A DNA stretch of 62,627 nt, the filler included, from Collodictyon triciliatum (Eukaryota): assembly GCA_043381765.1 (NCBI GenBank). It is 9 parts of 9 records of this genome, joined end to end, with 100 filler letters (N's around TTAATTAATTAA, not from the genome) between each part and the next. Parts side by side here need not be neighbours in the genome. Positions count along the whole stretch, not along the records: positions 26,418 to 32,916 come from JBHJMP010004423.1; positions 33,017 to 42,832 come from JBHJMP010004424.1; 7 more parts are not named here. The stretch is one strand, 5' to 3'. The position numbers were made by a program, and so were the translations under genes. Shown here one piece after another: positions 28,061 to 42,100 of the stretch. A model generated the notes under the pieces. That model made no database searches. It had not been told where the DNA came from and was given only the letters and a program-made list of their open reading frames with translations. Position 1 is the first letter of the stretch. Every line of letters starts with the position of its first letter.

Positions 28061-29950
28061 TTTTTTTGGTTTCTTTTCAACAGTTTACTGAGAGAAAACA
28101 TAGCCGAGGAAACCGCCTTCGCCTCTAGGACAAGAATGAGCTGTGGACAAGACAGTGGAAAACCCCGGATTGTGTGGTTGGAGTTTTTGTGTTTTGGGTG
28201 GAAAGAAAGAAAAAGAAGAAAGAAAGGAGAGAAAGCGCTTTCACACGCAGACTATTATAGCCGAGGTGAATCAGCTCCAACGCGGTTTCTGGTTGTATTC
28301 GAGGCTGACAGAAGAGCGGATATAGTTGTCGGGTCGATGAAAGTATGCACATGGCTGTTACCTCTCAAATCGATTCCGACGAGTCCTTTCAACCATCTAT
28401 CTAAGACAGGCTTTACATTCTATTTCATTCCACGGGATGAGTCTTTTGAGGAGACAGCGGGTCACTTTCCTTGCGTTTCTTGCTGGGAGACTCTGACAAA
28501 AAGTGATACATCGTTGTTTGTCTGGTATTATCGGAAGTGGCGCTTGATTGTCCCCCGGTTTCGAAACCATGTGTAGCTGGCAGTGGACTTTGCTTAACCG
28601 TAGTATGGATACACGTTTGTGGTTTTAGAAACATACGCTCCTGCTTGCTCGGGCTGTCTTTGGTGTGCGAAGTTCTAAGCTTGGATTCGACTTGTGCTGT
28701 TTACACTTGCTCCTTGGTTCTTGGTGTGACGGGCTGGGACAGGATGAACGGATTATCTTTGGTGGGCGCTGGTTCTTGTGTTGCCTTCGCTTTGGAGTAT
28801 GCTTTCGGATAAGTAACGAAGACTGCCTTGAGGCCTCCTATGTTAACCATATTCACGTCAGTCTGAACGGTAGTTTAAGGTGGGATTTCTTTCGGGGTTT
28901 GGAGATGCGCTGCTCTTGCGATGTGTGGGCTTGTCCGGCGTTGGCGGTGGAGGGCTCGAGTGCGAGGATTTTGAAGAGGAATCGGGATTTCCTTCCATGT
29001 CATCGTCGCTATCGCTGTATGCGCGTATCTGCTGTGAGTCTTGCGGACTCAGTTGTTGCCTGGCCTTGGCTTCCTTGACCCCGTTGCTGCTTGTCTGCTT
29101 GTGTGGTGTATACTTTTGCGGGGCTTTTACTTGTCGTTCGTTGTTCGCGGCTGGCGGACGCTCTTTGAGGATGCGCTTTGAACATTTTTTGCCCATGACC
29201 GTAAACTTTGCAGGGAGCTGGTTCTTATGGCAAAGTAGCTTCACCACGGCCGTGTCTGTGAAGAAGCCTTCATCCTTTTTGATGTCCACGTGGGTCGGTC
29301 TGAACGGCTTCAGCTCCTCACGAAGGATTTGCGACCACACGTCCGGCGGTAGTTGGTAGAGCATCGCCGAGGTCTCTGTTGGTTTACTTCTGCTGAAGCT
29401 GATTGTAATATCACTTAAACTTACTTGCTTCAGTTCCAGAAGCTTTCGGGCGTTTTCTGCAGTGCGGAAGGCAATCAGGCAAAGGTCTTTTCTGTACGGT
29501 AAGCACAGTTGGATGGACTCTTCCCAAAGTTTGTTCGCTTTCAAGAAGGTGAGCGCATCAGTGAGTCTGCGGGCCTTGTTCTTGTTATAAACGACTTGCT
29601 CGACCCCGTGCAAAAATACTGTCTGCTCATACAGACTTGCAGGCAGCTTTCTTGCACAGGTCTTCCTAGACTTACGTGCAACTCGGGGTTTTGTGCATCA
29701 GCGTTGGAACCAGAAGAACCGGCTGCCACTTGCGAAGGCTTCATCGCATCTTATTCATCTTTGTCAACCGCAAGGAAATCTGGACAATGGCCAAGCGAAA
29801 AGAATCGAGGGTGGTGTTCTTAACCACGCCAAGTGTTGCTCCTCCCTGCCAAAGACCAACCGCGCAAAAACTGCTTGACCGCACAGTTTGGAGCTGACGA
29901 TTCCAGAATCAGATTCCACAAAAGAATCCACACACAACCAAAACCCAAAT
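28061..29950 (-). mobile_element. ORF1-only non-LTR element (HAL1-like), frameshifted, ending in the LINE 3' module
   Basis: ORF 29613-28858 has an L1/Tx1 ORF1 RRM-like pattern (IAFRTAENARKLL...SAMLYQLPPDV...LREELKPF...TDTAVVKL...LPAKFTVMG). No RT or endonuclease follows. 28176-28061 is homologous to 57969-58085. The 5' boundary is approximate. Confidence 0.65.
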
Positions 29951-30003
29951 AAGATGTAAAAAAAAAAAAAATCAAAAAAAAAAAAAAAAAAAAAAAAAAA
30001 ACA

Positions 30004-30040
<37 letters not shown>

Positions 30041-30203
30041 CACGCAAAAGACCGCAAGTCAGCGATCAATCACCAACAACAAAAATAAAGCCAAGAAATC
30101 AGTGGGCACAAAAGCCTTCCTGGAAAAAAGGTTGGGAGTTGAATATGCTACTCAGTCAACAATTTCTTAATTTTTTTCCTTGCCAAGGAGAACAGACCTT
30201 CGC

Positions 30204-32742
30204 ATGGAGTGCGAGTGTAACTGCCCAGGGTGTCTGAAGGGATTTGATCACACCAACAAACTCCCCTGCGGACATGTGTTCTGCAGAAATTGCGTGTCCA
30301 CGATTGAAGAATGTGCTAGAAAGCGGAAGGAGAGCCCCAGCTGCCCTCTATGTCTTTGTGTGTTTAAAGCCGCCGAACAACACCGACCGCATCCCAGGTC
30401 AGAGTATCACGATGAACTTATCTCTATGGTCAAACATGAAAATCTAAAAATATGCGTCGATTGCGGTGGAGCCCCATCGCTAGTGTGTGAGGATGGATGT
30501 GGCTTCCTTTGCGAAGATTGTCAAGAAAAGTACCATTCTAAGCAGAGGAGGACCTCAGGACATAAAGTGAAGTATGGCTTAGGTTTTTTAAATAAAATAA
30601 TTGAAAAACATGATAATTCATTTTATTTTCCCTATTTAGTACTGAAAAGTGGCACGATTGATATGAATTTTTTTTTTCAATGTACAGCCAATTATTTAGT
30701 AACCTGGAATGAATTAAATGACTAGAACTCTGTTGGTTGCTGGTGTATCAGGAGTGAATCCAAAGGAATGTATTTTCCATAAATTACCCATAATATCGAC
30801 ATGTCTCCACTGCTGGCCAATAACTGAACTATGCTTGCAATGCGAACGAGATGACTTGAGGAACAATCCCGGTCATAGGCACTTGGAAATCACAAAGTAC
30901 AAACTTTCTTCGTCTCGGGAGAGTGAAATGCATGAAAATATGCAAAGAGTGATTCTCCAAATCAATATTAGGAAAGAACATGCGGAAACCCAATTAAAAG
31001 AAGTTTGTCATCATAGCCGTTGCGCGTATATATATTGCATTCCAAAATCCAAAATGAGCTTAATTGTGTACTAATATAAACGGACTGCTACTAGATATCG
31101 TTGGAAGAGGAAAAAGCATTAGAAGAAATCAATCAGTTTTATGAGGTGACGATGCAAAAAGTTACACACCTCAGGGATAGTCTTTACAATGCGGTATGTA
31201 AAAAAGTAATATTTGATGGACGAAGTTTTAAACGTAATTATTCTCTTATATTCAAGCAATCTAATCATTTACAGAAAGGTGACTAAACATATCCTGCTTC
31301 AGACAAGGTGTTATTTCAAATCGAAGAGTGACCAACTGGAATCCATTCGAGAACAGATGGATATTACTGGGAATATATTTGAGCATTCGATACTGATGTT
31401 GAGAGAATCAAGAGAAGTTTTCGAAAGGGATGCCATCCCAACAAAACTGGCCAAATTCGAAGGACTTTTTGAGAAGTTGATGTGCTTGACTATAGTAGAT
31501 GTGGAAGATGCCTCTTTTGAGGATAGAGGAGATAAGAAATTGCTAGAAAGGGACATTTTGATATGTTCAAGTGAAGCAAAATTGCTTGACGTTCCCTATA
31601 AAATCATGCAAAAAGACCATGAAGATATCTGCTATCAGTTGAAAAAAGTGATGGAAGCATACACCGAACTCAGTGACAAGATGATGGAAGAAGGAAGCAA
31701 ATTAGTGGAATCACAAATGGCAATAGAACATCTTCAATCCGAATTGAAGGATTTCAGAAAAGCTGAAGCTGAGAGGGTTCAATCCGAGATGTTGGTCGAG
31801 AAAATGAAAATGGATAAAATGCATGCAATCAAGGAATTCTATCAGAGAAGCTGGAATTATGGCCTTCATGAATATAGGCACCAAAGGAGTATTGGATCAA
31901 ATGGTGGAAGACAGCTGCAGTTCTTCTATCCATATGGCATCGCTGTTCATCCCAAAACTGGGCACATTTACGCGGCAGACTCCAACAACAATCGCATCCA
32001 AGTCCTCGACCAAGACCTGAATTTTATTCGTATCCTAGGCGGCTCAGGGTTGGCAGCTGCCCAGTTTGATAAACCGTATGGAATATCTGTATCGTTTGAT
32101 GGACTCGTTGCAGTTAGTGAATTGAACGGCAACCGAGTTCAGATATTCGATGAAACAAACAGTGTGGTCGCGGTCATCCCATCAAGGCAAAGTAGAAACC
32201 CTTTTTCATCACAAGCTACACACTTTGATGGGTTTTCTAGCCCTCGATACATTTGCTTCGATAAGGAAGGAAACCTTTTTGTTGCAAATTCGAATAACAA
32301 CCGAGTGGATAAGTTCAATCACTCTTTCGAGTTTGTGTGTTCTTTTGCTCATTCATCGAAGGGTGAAATAGGGGTCTCGTCCCCTATGGGTGTTTGCTAT
32401 ACGTCAAAGAATGAGATTTGTGTTGTTGGATATTGCGGATATAAGGTAAATTATTATGACACAGACGGAAGATTCATAAGGAGTTTCAAGATTCAAAAAC
32501 TTAATGGTGATGTCTCAATTGCTGAAGGCCCGGACGACACAATATTGGTAAGTGATTGCGCAAGTAACCAAATAATTGCGTACAACCCGACAAGAGGAAA
32601 TCCTGTCCATACATACGGCTCGACATACTACGGCAGTAATGATGGTCAATTCTACCTGCAGGCTGGGATTTGCTTCGGCAAAAACCAGAAGTTGTATGTG
32701 TGCGACTGTTGGAATCATCGCTTACAAGTCTTTTCGGCTTAA
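30204..32742 (+). CDS. TRIM-NHL-like protein (RING, two B-boxes, coiled coil, NHL repeats)
   Basis: CPGC...LPCGHVFCRNC...CPLC; CVDC...CEDGCGFLCEDC..YH; NHL repeats FFYPYGIAV...YAADSNNNRIQV and LYVCDCWNHRLQVF. Confidence 0.88.
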
Positions 32743-33699
32743 AATATCAGAACAAGAGCTAAATAAAACGATGGAATATTCCATATACCAATTTGATCTA
32801 TTTTGTTGTTCATTCTTTTTCCTTTTTCCTTTTTCCTTTTTTCTTTTTTCTTTTTTCTTTTTTCTTTTTTCTTTTTTCTTTTTTCTTTTTTCTTTTTTCT
32901 TTTTTCTTTTTTCTTTNNNNNNNNNNNNNNNNNNNNNNNNNNNNNNNNNNNNNNNNNNNNTTAATTAATTAANNNNNNNNNNNNNNNNNNNNNNNNNNNN
33001 NNNNNNNNNNNNNNNNAATAATGGTTGCTGAAGGATTCAGATGCTGAAAAGAAGCAACAAACCCGAAATGACACACAAGCGAGCAGGACTATAGTTATGC
33101 TGCCCAATATAAAAGGGATGCTGGGATTGAGGAAACATAATGACGATGCAAGGTTCAAAAAAATATGGGTACTTATCCGCACAAGTATTTATATGATTTT
33201 GGTGTTATCCTTTAACATACAACTCACATGCAAATGATGGCACAGTTTATAGTATACATAAAAATTATAGGGTATCGAAAATTGTATATTAAGTTCGCTA
33301 CTTGGACATATGTAAGGATTATGCAGGACATCTTTTTGTCTCTGAATTTTTGCAGGAGTCTTTGAATCTAATCTATTTAGGGTTACTATTGAGTATCTAG
33401 AAAACTTCTTTCTTCCTTTATTCGATTCANNNNNNNNNNNNNNNNNNNNNNNNNNNNNNNNNNNNNNNNNNNNNNNNNNNNNNNNNNNNNNNNNNNNNNN
33501 NNNNNNNNNNNNNNNNNNNNNNNNNNNNNNNNNNNNNNNNNNNNNNNNNNNNNNNNNNNNNNNNNNNNNNNNNNNNNNNNNNNNNNNNNNNNNNNNNNNN
33601 NNNNNNNNNNNNNNNNNNNNNNNNNNNNNNNNNNNNNNNNNNNNNNNNNNNNNNNNNNNNNNNNNNNNNNNNNNNNNNNNNNNNNNNNNNNNNNNNNNT

Positions 33700-36600
33700 T
33701 TGGAGCGCGAGTTTCAAGAGGTTTTATTCTGAATTTCCACTTTCTACAGCAGAAATCTACATATTCTTCTATATATTTCTTTTTATAACAGTATCGTTTG
33801 AGAATAAATCCCTCAAATTTAATCAATCAAAGATTTGCGTAGTAGACAGCTTGTTTTTTCACCTTCATTTATTCACTCACTATTTTTTTTTTTGTTTCTT
33901 GGCTTCTTTGTTTCTTTTTCAAGAGTGCTTACTTTCCATGATTTTCCGTACCACAGATTTTCACTGAGCTTGTCTCAGAAAAACACTTGGAAAAGTTTCG
34001 GATCGAGTACGAGAAACTCCATCGCGCACTGAAAAAGTCTCATGAGAGCGAAAAAAGACTGATAAAAAAGTGTCGCGAACTCAACACTGAAATCGTGGCA
34101 AACACGGCAAAAGTCCAGACAGCTGTAAAAATGTCGCAGGAAGACCAAAACACCATTTCTAGTTTGAAAAAGGTGATTCTACTTCCCCCAATCTTTCCTT
34201 CCTTCCTCTCTTCCCTCTCTTCCCTCTTTTCCCCATTGAACACATAATTGGACTCCGCGCTTCGGATTACAAAATGTGCGATATAGATTGCATAATAAGA
34301 CCTTTCCTGGTTTTTATTCCTTTTCCTTGCGTTTCATCTTCTGGATGTGATTTATTCTATCGATATCATAGGAAATCGAGAAAGGATGGAAGCTGGTCGA
34401 TCAGTCCCATGAGAAAGAGGCAAAGGCCCGAGATTCCATTCAGCAACTGAAGGTAGAAATCAGCAATCTCAGCAAGATGGTGGAGCAAGGGGCAGGTCTG
34501 ACCTTGGGCCAGGAGCACAGTGTGAATGAACTATTAAAAGTGAAGGAAGAGCACACAAAAGGTCTGTAGCCATGCATCGCAATTACGATACATATTCTTG
34601 TTCACTTTTTTTTTCCAAAGCTTTCAGGGCATCATTCAATCATAAAAATTAAGATGAACATGAGGTTCAATCCATGTTAGCCTCCATCACTTGTACTCTT
34701 CGTTTTTAACACAAAATGGAACACATTAAATGCAGAACGGGATGAGCAAATGAGCAAAATAGTCGCCTTCCGAACACAAATCACAGAATTGACAGAAAAA
34801 ATCAGAATATTGGAGGGCGAAAAAATATCAGCGGAACATGATATTCACACTCTGAAGGAATTGATTGCATCGAAAAAGGCCGAGTCAGATCGTGAACAGC
34901 GGCGCAAAGAAAGACTTGAGAAAGAACTAAAAGCATGTCTTAGTCTCATAAAATTATGAACCTGATTACAAAACAGCCTTCTATGAAATACAATAAATTA
35001 ATAGTTTTTGAATAGCAATATTTGATCACTGATTGAATTTTTTCATCTAATCTGATACATGAACTAATATGTATAGGACTTGAAAGTAATTCTGGAGAAT
35101 CGACAGTTAGAAATCAAAACAAAGCAGGCTCAAATCGTAACAAACAATGAGCAGATCACTCGCTTGGACCACCAAATTCGAGACCAAAAGAATCAATCCG
35201 AAAAAGCACTCAAAGAGCTTGACTCTCTGAACCAGAAAATCCTGAAGATGCAGCAAGACCTTGAGGACCAAATTCATAGCAACACACAGTTACTCACTGA
35301 AAATTCACAACGTCATGTGGAGTTGAAGGGAAAAGAAGAGGAAACGATTCGTGTTCGCCAAGAAGCCACCAAGATGGAAAAAATGCACGAAAATCTTGTT
35401 CGCAAAATGCAGACGCTGGAGGAGCAAAAGGTTCAGGTGGAGGGCCAAAAGGAGCAGCTCAAATTGGAGACCAGTCACATCGAAAGAGAAGTCGAAATCA
35501 TGGCAAAACAAATAGAAGGCGATAAGAAATCCTTGGATGATTTGATGCGAGAGCGTGACATTCTCAACAAGAATTTGCTCAAGGCTGCTAGTGCCACACA
35601 GCGGCAGGCAGATTTAGTTAAAGTACAGGAAAACACATTGAAGAACCTGGAACAAGAAATCAACGGATACAAAACCGAGGCACAAAGACAACGAAAGGTT
35701 TTTTTTTATTTTTTGCTTATTAACCATTCAATTTTCTACAAGGGGTTATTCTGTTTTTCATTAAAAAGAATTGTACTACGTCGCGAGCCCAAAGAAAATT
35801 ACCCAATTAAACTTGAGTTTACTTGGTTTACTGAAGATTATATTCCAACTGGAACGAGACCGAGAAAAATACGATGAAGAATCAGCAGCAGCGACATCGA
35901 AGTTTTTGCAGGCTTTGGAGGAGGTGAAAATCAGAGACCTTGCAATAATGGAATTGCAGAAGAAAATTGCCGAGGGAGAGACAAAGCTGAAGCAACAGCA
36001 GGTATGATAGCTGAGGCAATATATGCACGAAAACAACTTTTGGCTGCCTTATTCATGCATGAATTAATCGTAGGACTTGTTGACCATTTCGCTTACTCAT
36101 TCACTCAATCAATCCCTTTTCCTTTTCCCTTTTTCCTCTATTTCCTCTATTTCCTCTATTTCCTCTATTTCCTCTATTTCCTCTATTTCCTCTATTTCCT
36201 CTATTTCCTCTATTTCCTCTATTTCCTCTATTCCCTCTATTTCCTCTATTTCCTCTATTTCCTCTATTTCCTCTATTTCCTCTATTTCCTTTATTTCCTT
36301 TATTTCCTTTATTTCCTTTATTTCCTTTATTTCCTTTATTTCCTTTATTTCCTTTATTTCCTTTATTTCCTTTATTTTCTTTATTCCCTTTTTTCCTTTA
36401 TTTCCTTTATTTCCTTTATTCCCTTTATTCCCTTTATTCCCTTTATTCCCTTTATTCCCTTTATTCCCTTTATTCCCTTTATTCCCTTTATTCCCTTTAT
36501 TCCCTTTATTCCCTTTATTTTCTTTATTTCCTTTATTTCCTTTATTTCCTTTATTTCCTTTATTTTCTTTATTTTCTTTATTTCCTTTATTTCCTTTATT

Positions 36601-38897
36601 TCCTTTATTTCCTTTATTTCCTTTATTTCCTTTATTTTCTTTATTTTCTTTATTCCCTTTATTCCCTTTATTCCCTTTATTTTCTTTATTTCCTTTATTT
36701 TCTTTATTTCCTTTATTTTCTTTATTTCCTTTATTTCCTTTATTTCCTTTATTTCCTTTATTTTCTTTATTCCCTTTATTTCTTTTATTCCCTTTATTTC
36801 TTTTATTTCCTTTATTTCCTTTATTTCCTTTATTTCCTTTATTTTCTTTATTCCCTTTATTCCCTTTATTTCCTTTATTTCCTTTATTTCCTTTATTTCC
36901 TTTATTTTATTTATTTCCTTTATTTCCTTTATTTCCTTTATTTCCTTTATTTCCTTTATTTCCTTTATTTCCTTTATTTCCTTTTTCCTTTTTCCTTTTT
37001 TCTACACAACAGACTTTGTATGAGGCTGTGCGCTCAGATCGTAATCTATACAGCAAAAATTTAATTGAATCGCAAGAGGAAATATCGGAAATGAAGAGAA
37101 AATTCAAAATCATGAATCATCAGATCGAACAGCTGAAGGAGGAAATCAGCTCCAAAGATTCTAGTAAGAATTTGTGTTGAGATTTCCTTCACCGCTAATA
37201 CATGCGTACTTCAAATTTTGCGATATTGTGAATCTATTTGTTTACTTGTTCTCTTTCTTTAACCATTTTGTTTTTAGCTCTTGTAAAGGAGCATTTTGAG
37301 CATATGAAGGTTGATAAGGAGAAAGAGAACCTCAAGAATGAACTTACAAGAATCAAGAAACAGATCGACGAAGCAGAGCAGGTGATGGCTCTATTAAATG
37401 ATTATTTTTTCTATCTCAATCGTATTTTGATGGTCTCTGTATTGATAGACGAATCCTATTACAGGATTGTTTGTCACTCATTCAATTCTGTGTAGGCCAT
37501 AAGTCAACAAAAGGCTGAAATCCAGAAACTGAACCACATCATCAATGAAGCTGATGCTGAAAGGATTCGACAAAAGAAAGAATACGAGATGGTCATCAAC
37601 GAAAGAGTACGGATTTTGACTATTTTCTTTCATGATTCTCGATGCAACAGTACCACGTCTGATATAATTGGATTTCCTATCGATATTCCAATATTTTAAG
37701 CAAGATTACTTGTTTGCATAGTGTATATTTACATAGTTCTATCATCTCCTAGTAGTAATCACACATTTATTAAACTGCCTATCTAGGATATCCTGGGAAC
37801 TCAATTAATTCGCCGAAATGAAGAGCTTGCTGTTCTCTATGAGAAAATCAAAATCCAACAAAGCACACTTACTAAAGGTGAAATCCAGTACCGCCAACGA
37901 TTGGAAGACATTCGCATTCTCAAACTGCGTGTCAACGATATCAAGAAGGAACTTCATATGCTCAAGTCTCAAGTGAAGAACATTGATGTGCTTCGAAATG
38001 AAGTTTATCATCTACAGAGAGAGTTGCTGCAAGAGCGAACCAAAGTAAAGGCTCTCAGCGAAGAACTCGAGAATCCGATGAATGTACATCGATGGAGAAA
38101 GCTAGAGGGGTCTGACCCAGCTTCGTACGAAATGATTCAGCGAATTCATTCGCTCCAGCGCAAGCTGATATCAAAAACAGAAGAGGCATGTTTCTCCGGC
38201 TATGCTCCAACAACATTTGATATGTATTTGTTTTATGCTATGCTAATTCGTAGAGAATCTTCTCTACAAGTCGAACTTGAGCTTGGAAGATATCCACCAA
38301 CTTCGATTTATATTTTTATTCTTATTATCATTATTATTCATAACCCATATACATTCTAGATTGTTGAGAAAGACTTACTCATCCAAGAAAAAGAAAAACT
38401 TTATGTGGACCTGAAAAATATACTTGCACGCCAGCCCGGACCAGAAGTTGCAGAGCAATTAAATATTTATCAGCAAAATCTCAAGGAAAAATCGAAGCAA
38501 TTGAAGGTAGGTTGTGTTACGGTATTTCCTATTTCATATTATTTCCTTTTGAAACTCATTTCTGTTTCTTCTGTGTTCCCCGTATTAAGTTTTCATTTGA
38601 AAATCAGGCCATGGAGGGCGAGCTGAACATGTACCAAGGGCGAGTCCGAGAGTATAAAATGGACATTGAGAGGGTTGACAAGGAAATGTACGCACTGAGG
38701 AATCGGTATTTTGAATCAAAGAGAAAAGAACAAATAAGACGGTAAGGTTTACTTTCGATAAAGGAAAGGCATCTTTTCTCTCCACCTTTCACCAATCTTT
38801 TTTTTTTAAGCGATGCATTACTCACGCACAATTTTTCAAATACAGCGAGAAAGAGAATGCCGAAGGCCTTCAAAACTCCCGGTGGATACTCTCATAA
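33700..38897 (+). CDS. CFAP58: Cilia- and flagella-associated protein 58 (start lies in the gap)
   Basis: LEKFRIEYEKLHRALKKSHESEKRLIKKCRELN, LYEAVRSDRNLYSKNLIESQEEI, ELLQERTKVKALSEELENPMNVHRWRKLEGSDP, LKNILARQPGPE. Confidence 0.95.
36130..36985. repeat. About 850-bp 9-mer minisatellite (TTTATTTCC and variants) in a CFAP58 intron
   Basis: Visible array with block-wise variants. Confidence 0.95.
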
Positions 38898-39191
38898 TAA
38901 TTATTCATTCCTTGACCTATCGTGAAATAAATGAAAAATACTTTGTTGCCTTAAGTTAGACTACGAACATTCTTGTGAGAGTTTCTTTTGGTTCGGATGA
39001 CGCCATTATTCTATACCTACTGAAAGGCCCATTTTTTAAAGAGCTTTAAATCTGAGAATGAACTACTTGTATTTCATAGCATGTGAAAATGCTGCCTCAA
39101 AAACACCTTTTATTGTTTTGTTTCGAGAATCCCTCCGGTATGGAATGAATAGATTTATAAACACACAAAAGCCAATCAATCAATCAATCAA

Positions 39192-42100
39192 TCAATCCAT
39201 CAATTCGATGCATTCGCTCTCATCAGGTGGGGAGCGAATCTCTCTTCTACAGGTGTCCTTTCCGTCTTCATTTTCATTAATCTTCGATGCTTTCGGGTCT
39301 AATTCCTGCGCGGGCGTCTCTGCAAAGTCCTGTCGAGCTTCACTTGCTTCTCTCTGTTGAGTAAGGACTTTGCAGTTGCCTGGCGCATCAACAGATAGCC
39401 CGCCATCACCGCAATCATCCGAGTTGTCGTTGCTCTCACCATCAGAGCCTAGACGAGCAAAGACAACACATCAGAAAGAAAAGGAGAAATACCTTAGTGG
39501 CAGATTCATCAATATAGCTGCTGGAAACAGAAGGAATCAAGCGGATTGATGACCTGATATTTCCTCTTTTCCTCTCCTTTTTTTTCTTTTTTCTTTTTAG
39601 ATTCTTCAATAAACTGTCATCACCTGAAATATACGGTTCGTTTCCATAAAGGTTTTCATTCCTTGAAGCATGGTTGTGTTTGCAGACGGGCTCAAACGAA
39701 CCGTCTTGCATGACGTCGACCTCTCCGACTCCGCGCGGGGTATTGCCCAGTATGTTTTGGAAAAATGGGTCCAGTCGCAAATCGGAAAAAGAGGCGGGTT
39801 TTGAGCACACCGGACAACGCCAACAAAGTTTTTGGCGGTTGAGTGCAAGGTAAGAAGTAGCATCGAAGCACTGAGTAGAAGATAAATTGCACTTGGTTGA
39901 GTCAGGAGCTATATTACTTTAGCGTAATGTAGATGATTGCTTTCTTGACTTTTCTTTCCAGTCCTCTTTCATTGTTTTAATACGTTTCAATGCCTTGTCA
40001 TCGGCTTGAGTACTACCTGACTGTGTTGGCACAAAGTGCCTCGCGTTGCATGATTGATTCTGCGGAGAGTAACCGGACAGCGGAGTGAGAGGCGGATAGA
40101 TATCTGCACCACATCATCTTGGTCATTCACAAATGATTTCTTGACTATTAATAATTGTAGAGTTGCAAAGAAAAAAAGTGATGTTATTTCAGGCACTAAT
40201 TTAAACCTTGAAGAATGAATTAAATGAAAAAAAGGAGAAACTCTTCTATATATGGGAATATGATAAAAAGAAACTTGTTCTTTTATTTTCTTCAAAGTCT
40301 GAGGAGGCAATAAGTGGAACAAGTTCACTATGGGGAATAACAGTCGTATAATAGCACCCTATAAAATAGCCCTAAGCAAAGAAGAAACTATTGTCATTTG
40401 GATAAGAACAATATTACATATAATTAGGGAAATTCATACGGGGTTACTGCATTCAGCGTACTGCACATCAAATGTATTTTTGCCAACTTTGATGAAAGCT
40501 GATATGTCACACGGGTGGCTCTTGAAATCATAGGAAAAAGAAGCAAAGGGTATGCCAGAAGATGCGAAATTATTAAGTAAAAAGATAGAACTGTATTTGC
40601 AATCAAAAATAAAGGATTTTATAGTTGAAATTATGAAATGGTTTGATACGAAGTGATTAATTGAGATAATTATATGAAAATCATATGTGCAGAGATGAAA
40701 GTAAGATAAAATTATAATGTACATAAAAATACATCAACATCCACACGAATGGAATTTATTTCCACAGCAAGATGAAGATTTTTTGGCCATTCATGCTTCT
40801 TTTCTCCATAATCTTTAGAGAAGCACCTTATTTGGATGATCGAGTATCTTCCAGCAACCGACCTATTTAGAAATTAAGTCAGAAAGAGTAAACATGCCAC
40901 TAAAAATGGCTTTTTAAATTAATGAGTTTAGACATGATACATAGATTCAGTGGACGGAGCGAGCAAAATTGAAATTCTCTACAAGAGAGAAGAAAAAAAT
41001 GGTTCTGTTAATAATAATATATGAACTTATTTGATATCCTCAGCGAATCAAATTCTGTTTGAGAAACATGAAAATCACGCGCAGCATATTCAGATATTTT
41101 TTCACAGAGTTCGAGAGGATTGAAAAAAGGCGGTATGGAAAATAATTCGAATGGATTTTCTACCGGGTTTAAAGGTATCTAATTGAAGAGAAATGTAATA
41201 AAGAAAACAAATCAATTAAACGGGCTGAGTCAATAATTTTTTAAAATAAAAAGCACTCGCGGACTTTCATACCAATCATAAGTATGTTATTGATTAAGTG
41301 AAAAAAATTCAAAAAGAAAACAACACAATTACAAATTATGTTTTCGAGTTAAGACATGAAAGTATACCGAATTTTCTTTAGCAATATTGGCTATTGATTC
41401 GCCAAGTAGATATTTCACTTTTGCTGGGCTATCTTTCTTTGTAGATTTATTTGTACGACTTACACCTAATAAAACATATATTATTTGATTGAAAACGAAC
41501 AAAACAACACTCGGGGGCTAAATACATGCTTTAGATTGAATTATACCCTCTTCAATTTCACCCACAGATGATATTGACCTAAATATTAGTATATAAAGAT
41601 AAAAAGGACATGAAAGAGACATTATTTTAAAAAAAAGAAGGAATATTCACGAATTTATGAGATGTACACTTTCGGTGATACCGGACACTTTGAGGAAACA
41701 TTTTATGAAGTTTTCATCTCCTTTGTGTTGTAAAGAAAAAAAAAGTACCTTTTTCTTCGATTTAACATTCGCCCTAGCCTTCCGGAATCATGTTCTTGTA
41801 TCAAATCATTCACAACCTCCACATCGGCCGAGCAACTTGCTTCATCGCCAGCCTCCCGCAATAAACAATCCATTCCAGCGACAGAGTCAATTATGCATAT
41901 AATGTCTGCTTTCTCATATCTTACAGCATAATTACGTATCCGCATGAGCCACTTCAGAAAATCCCTCCGCTGTGTTTGTTCGAAGAGGACACAAAGCGGC
42001 GCAGCAGATGCAAAGACCAAAGCAATCTCACGAAGAAAAACTTGATCCTTGAAAACCCTCTCCAAGCAATGCCTTTTTCCGACTATTTGAAGGCAAGTGT

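Noticed and set aside
36004-37180. 339-aa and 367-aa low-complexity ORFs, and similar poly-QQE, YIHT and poly-I/T ORFs elsewhere
   Set aside because: They are translations of micro- and minisatellites in introns or intergenic DNA.
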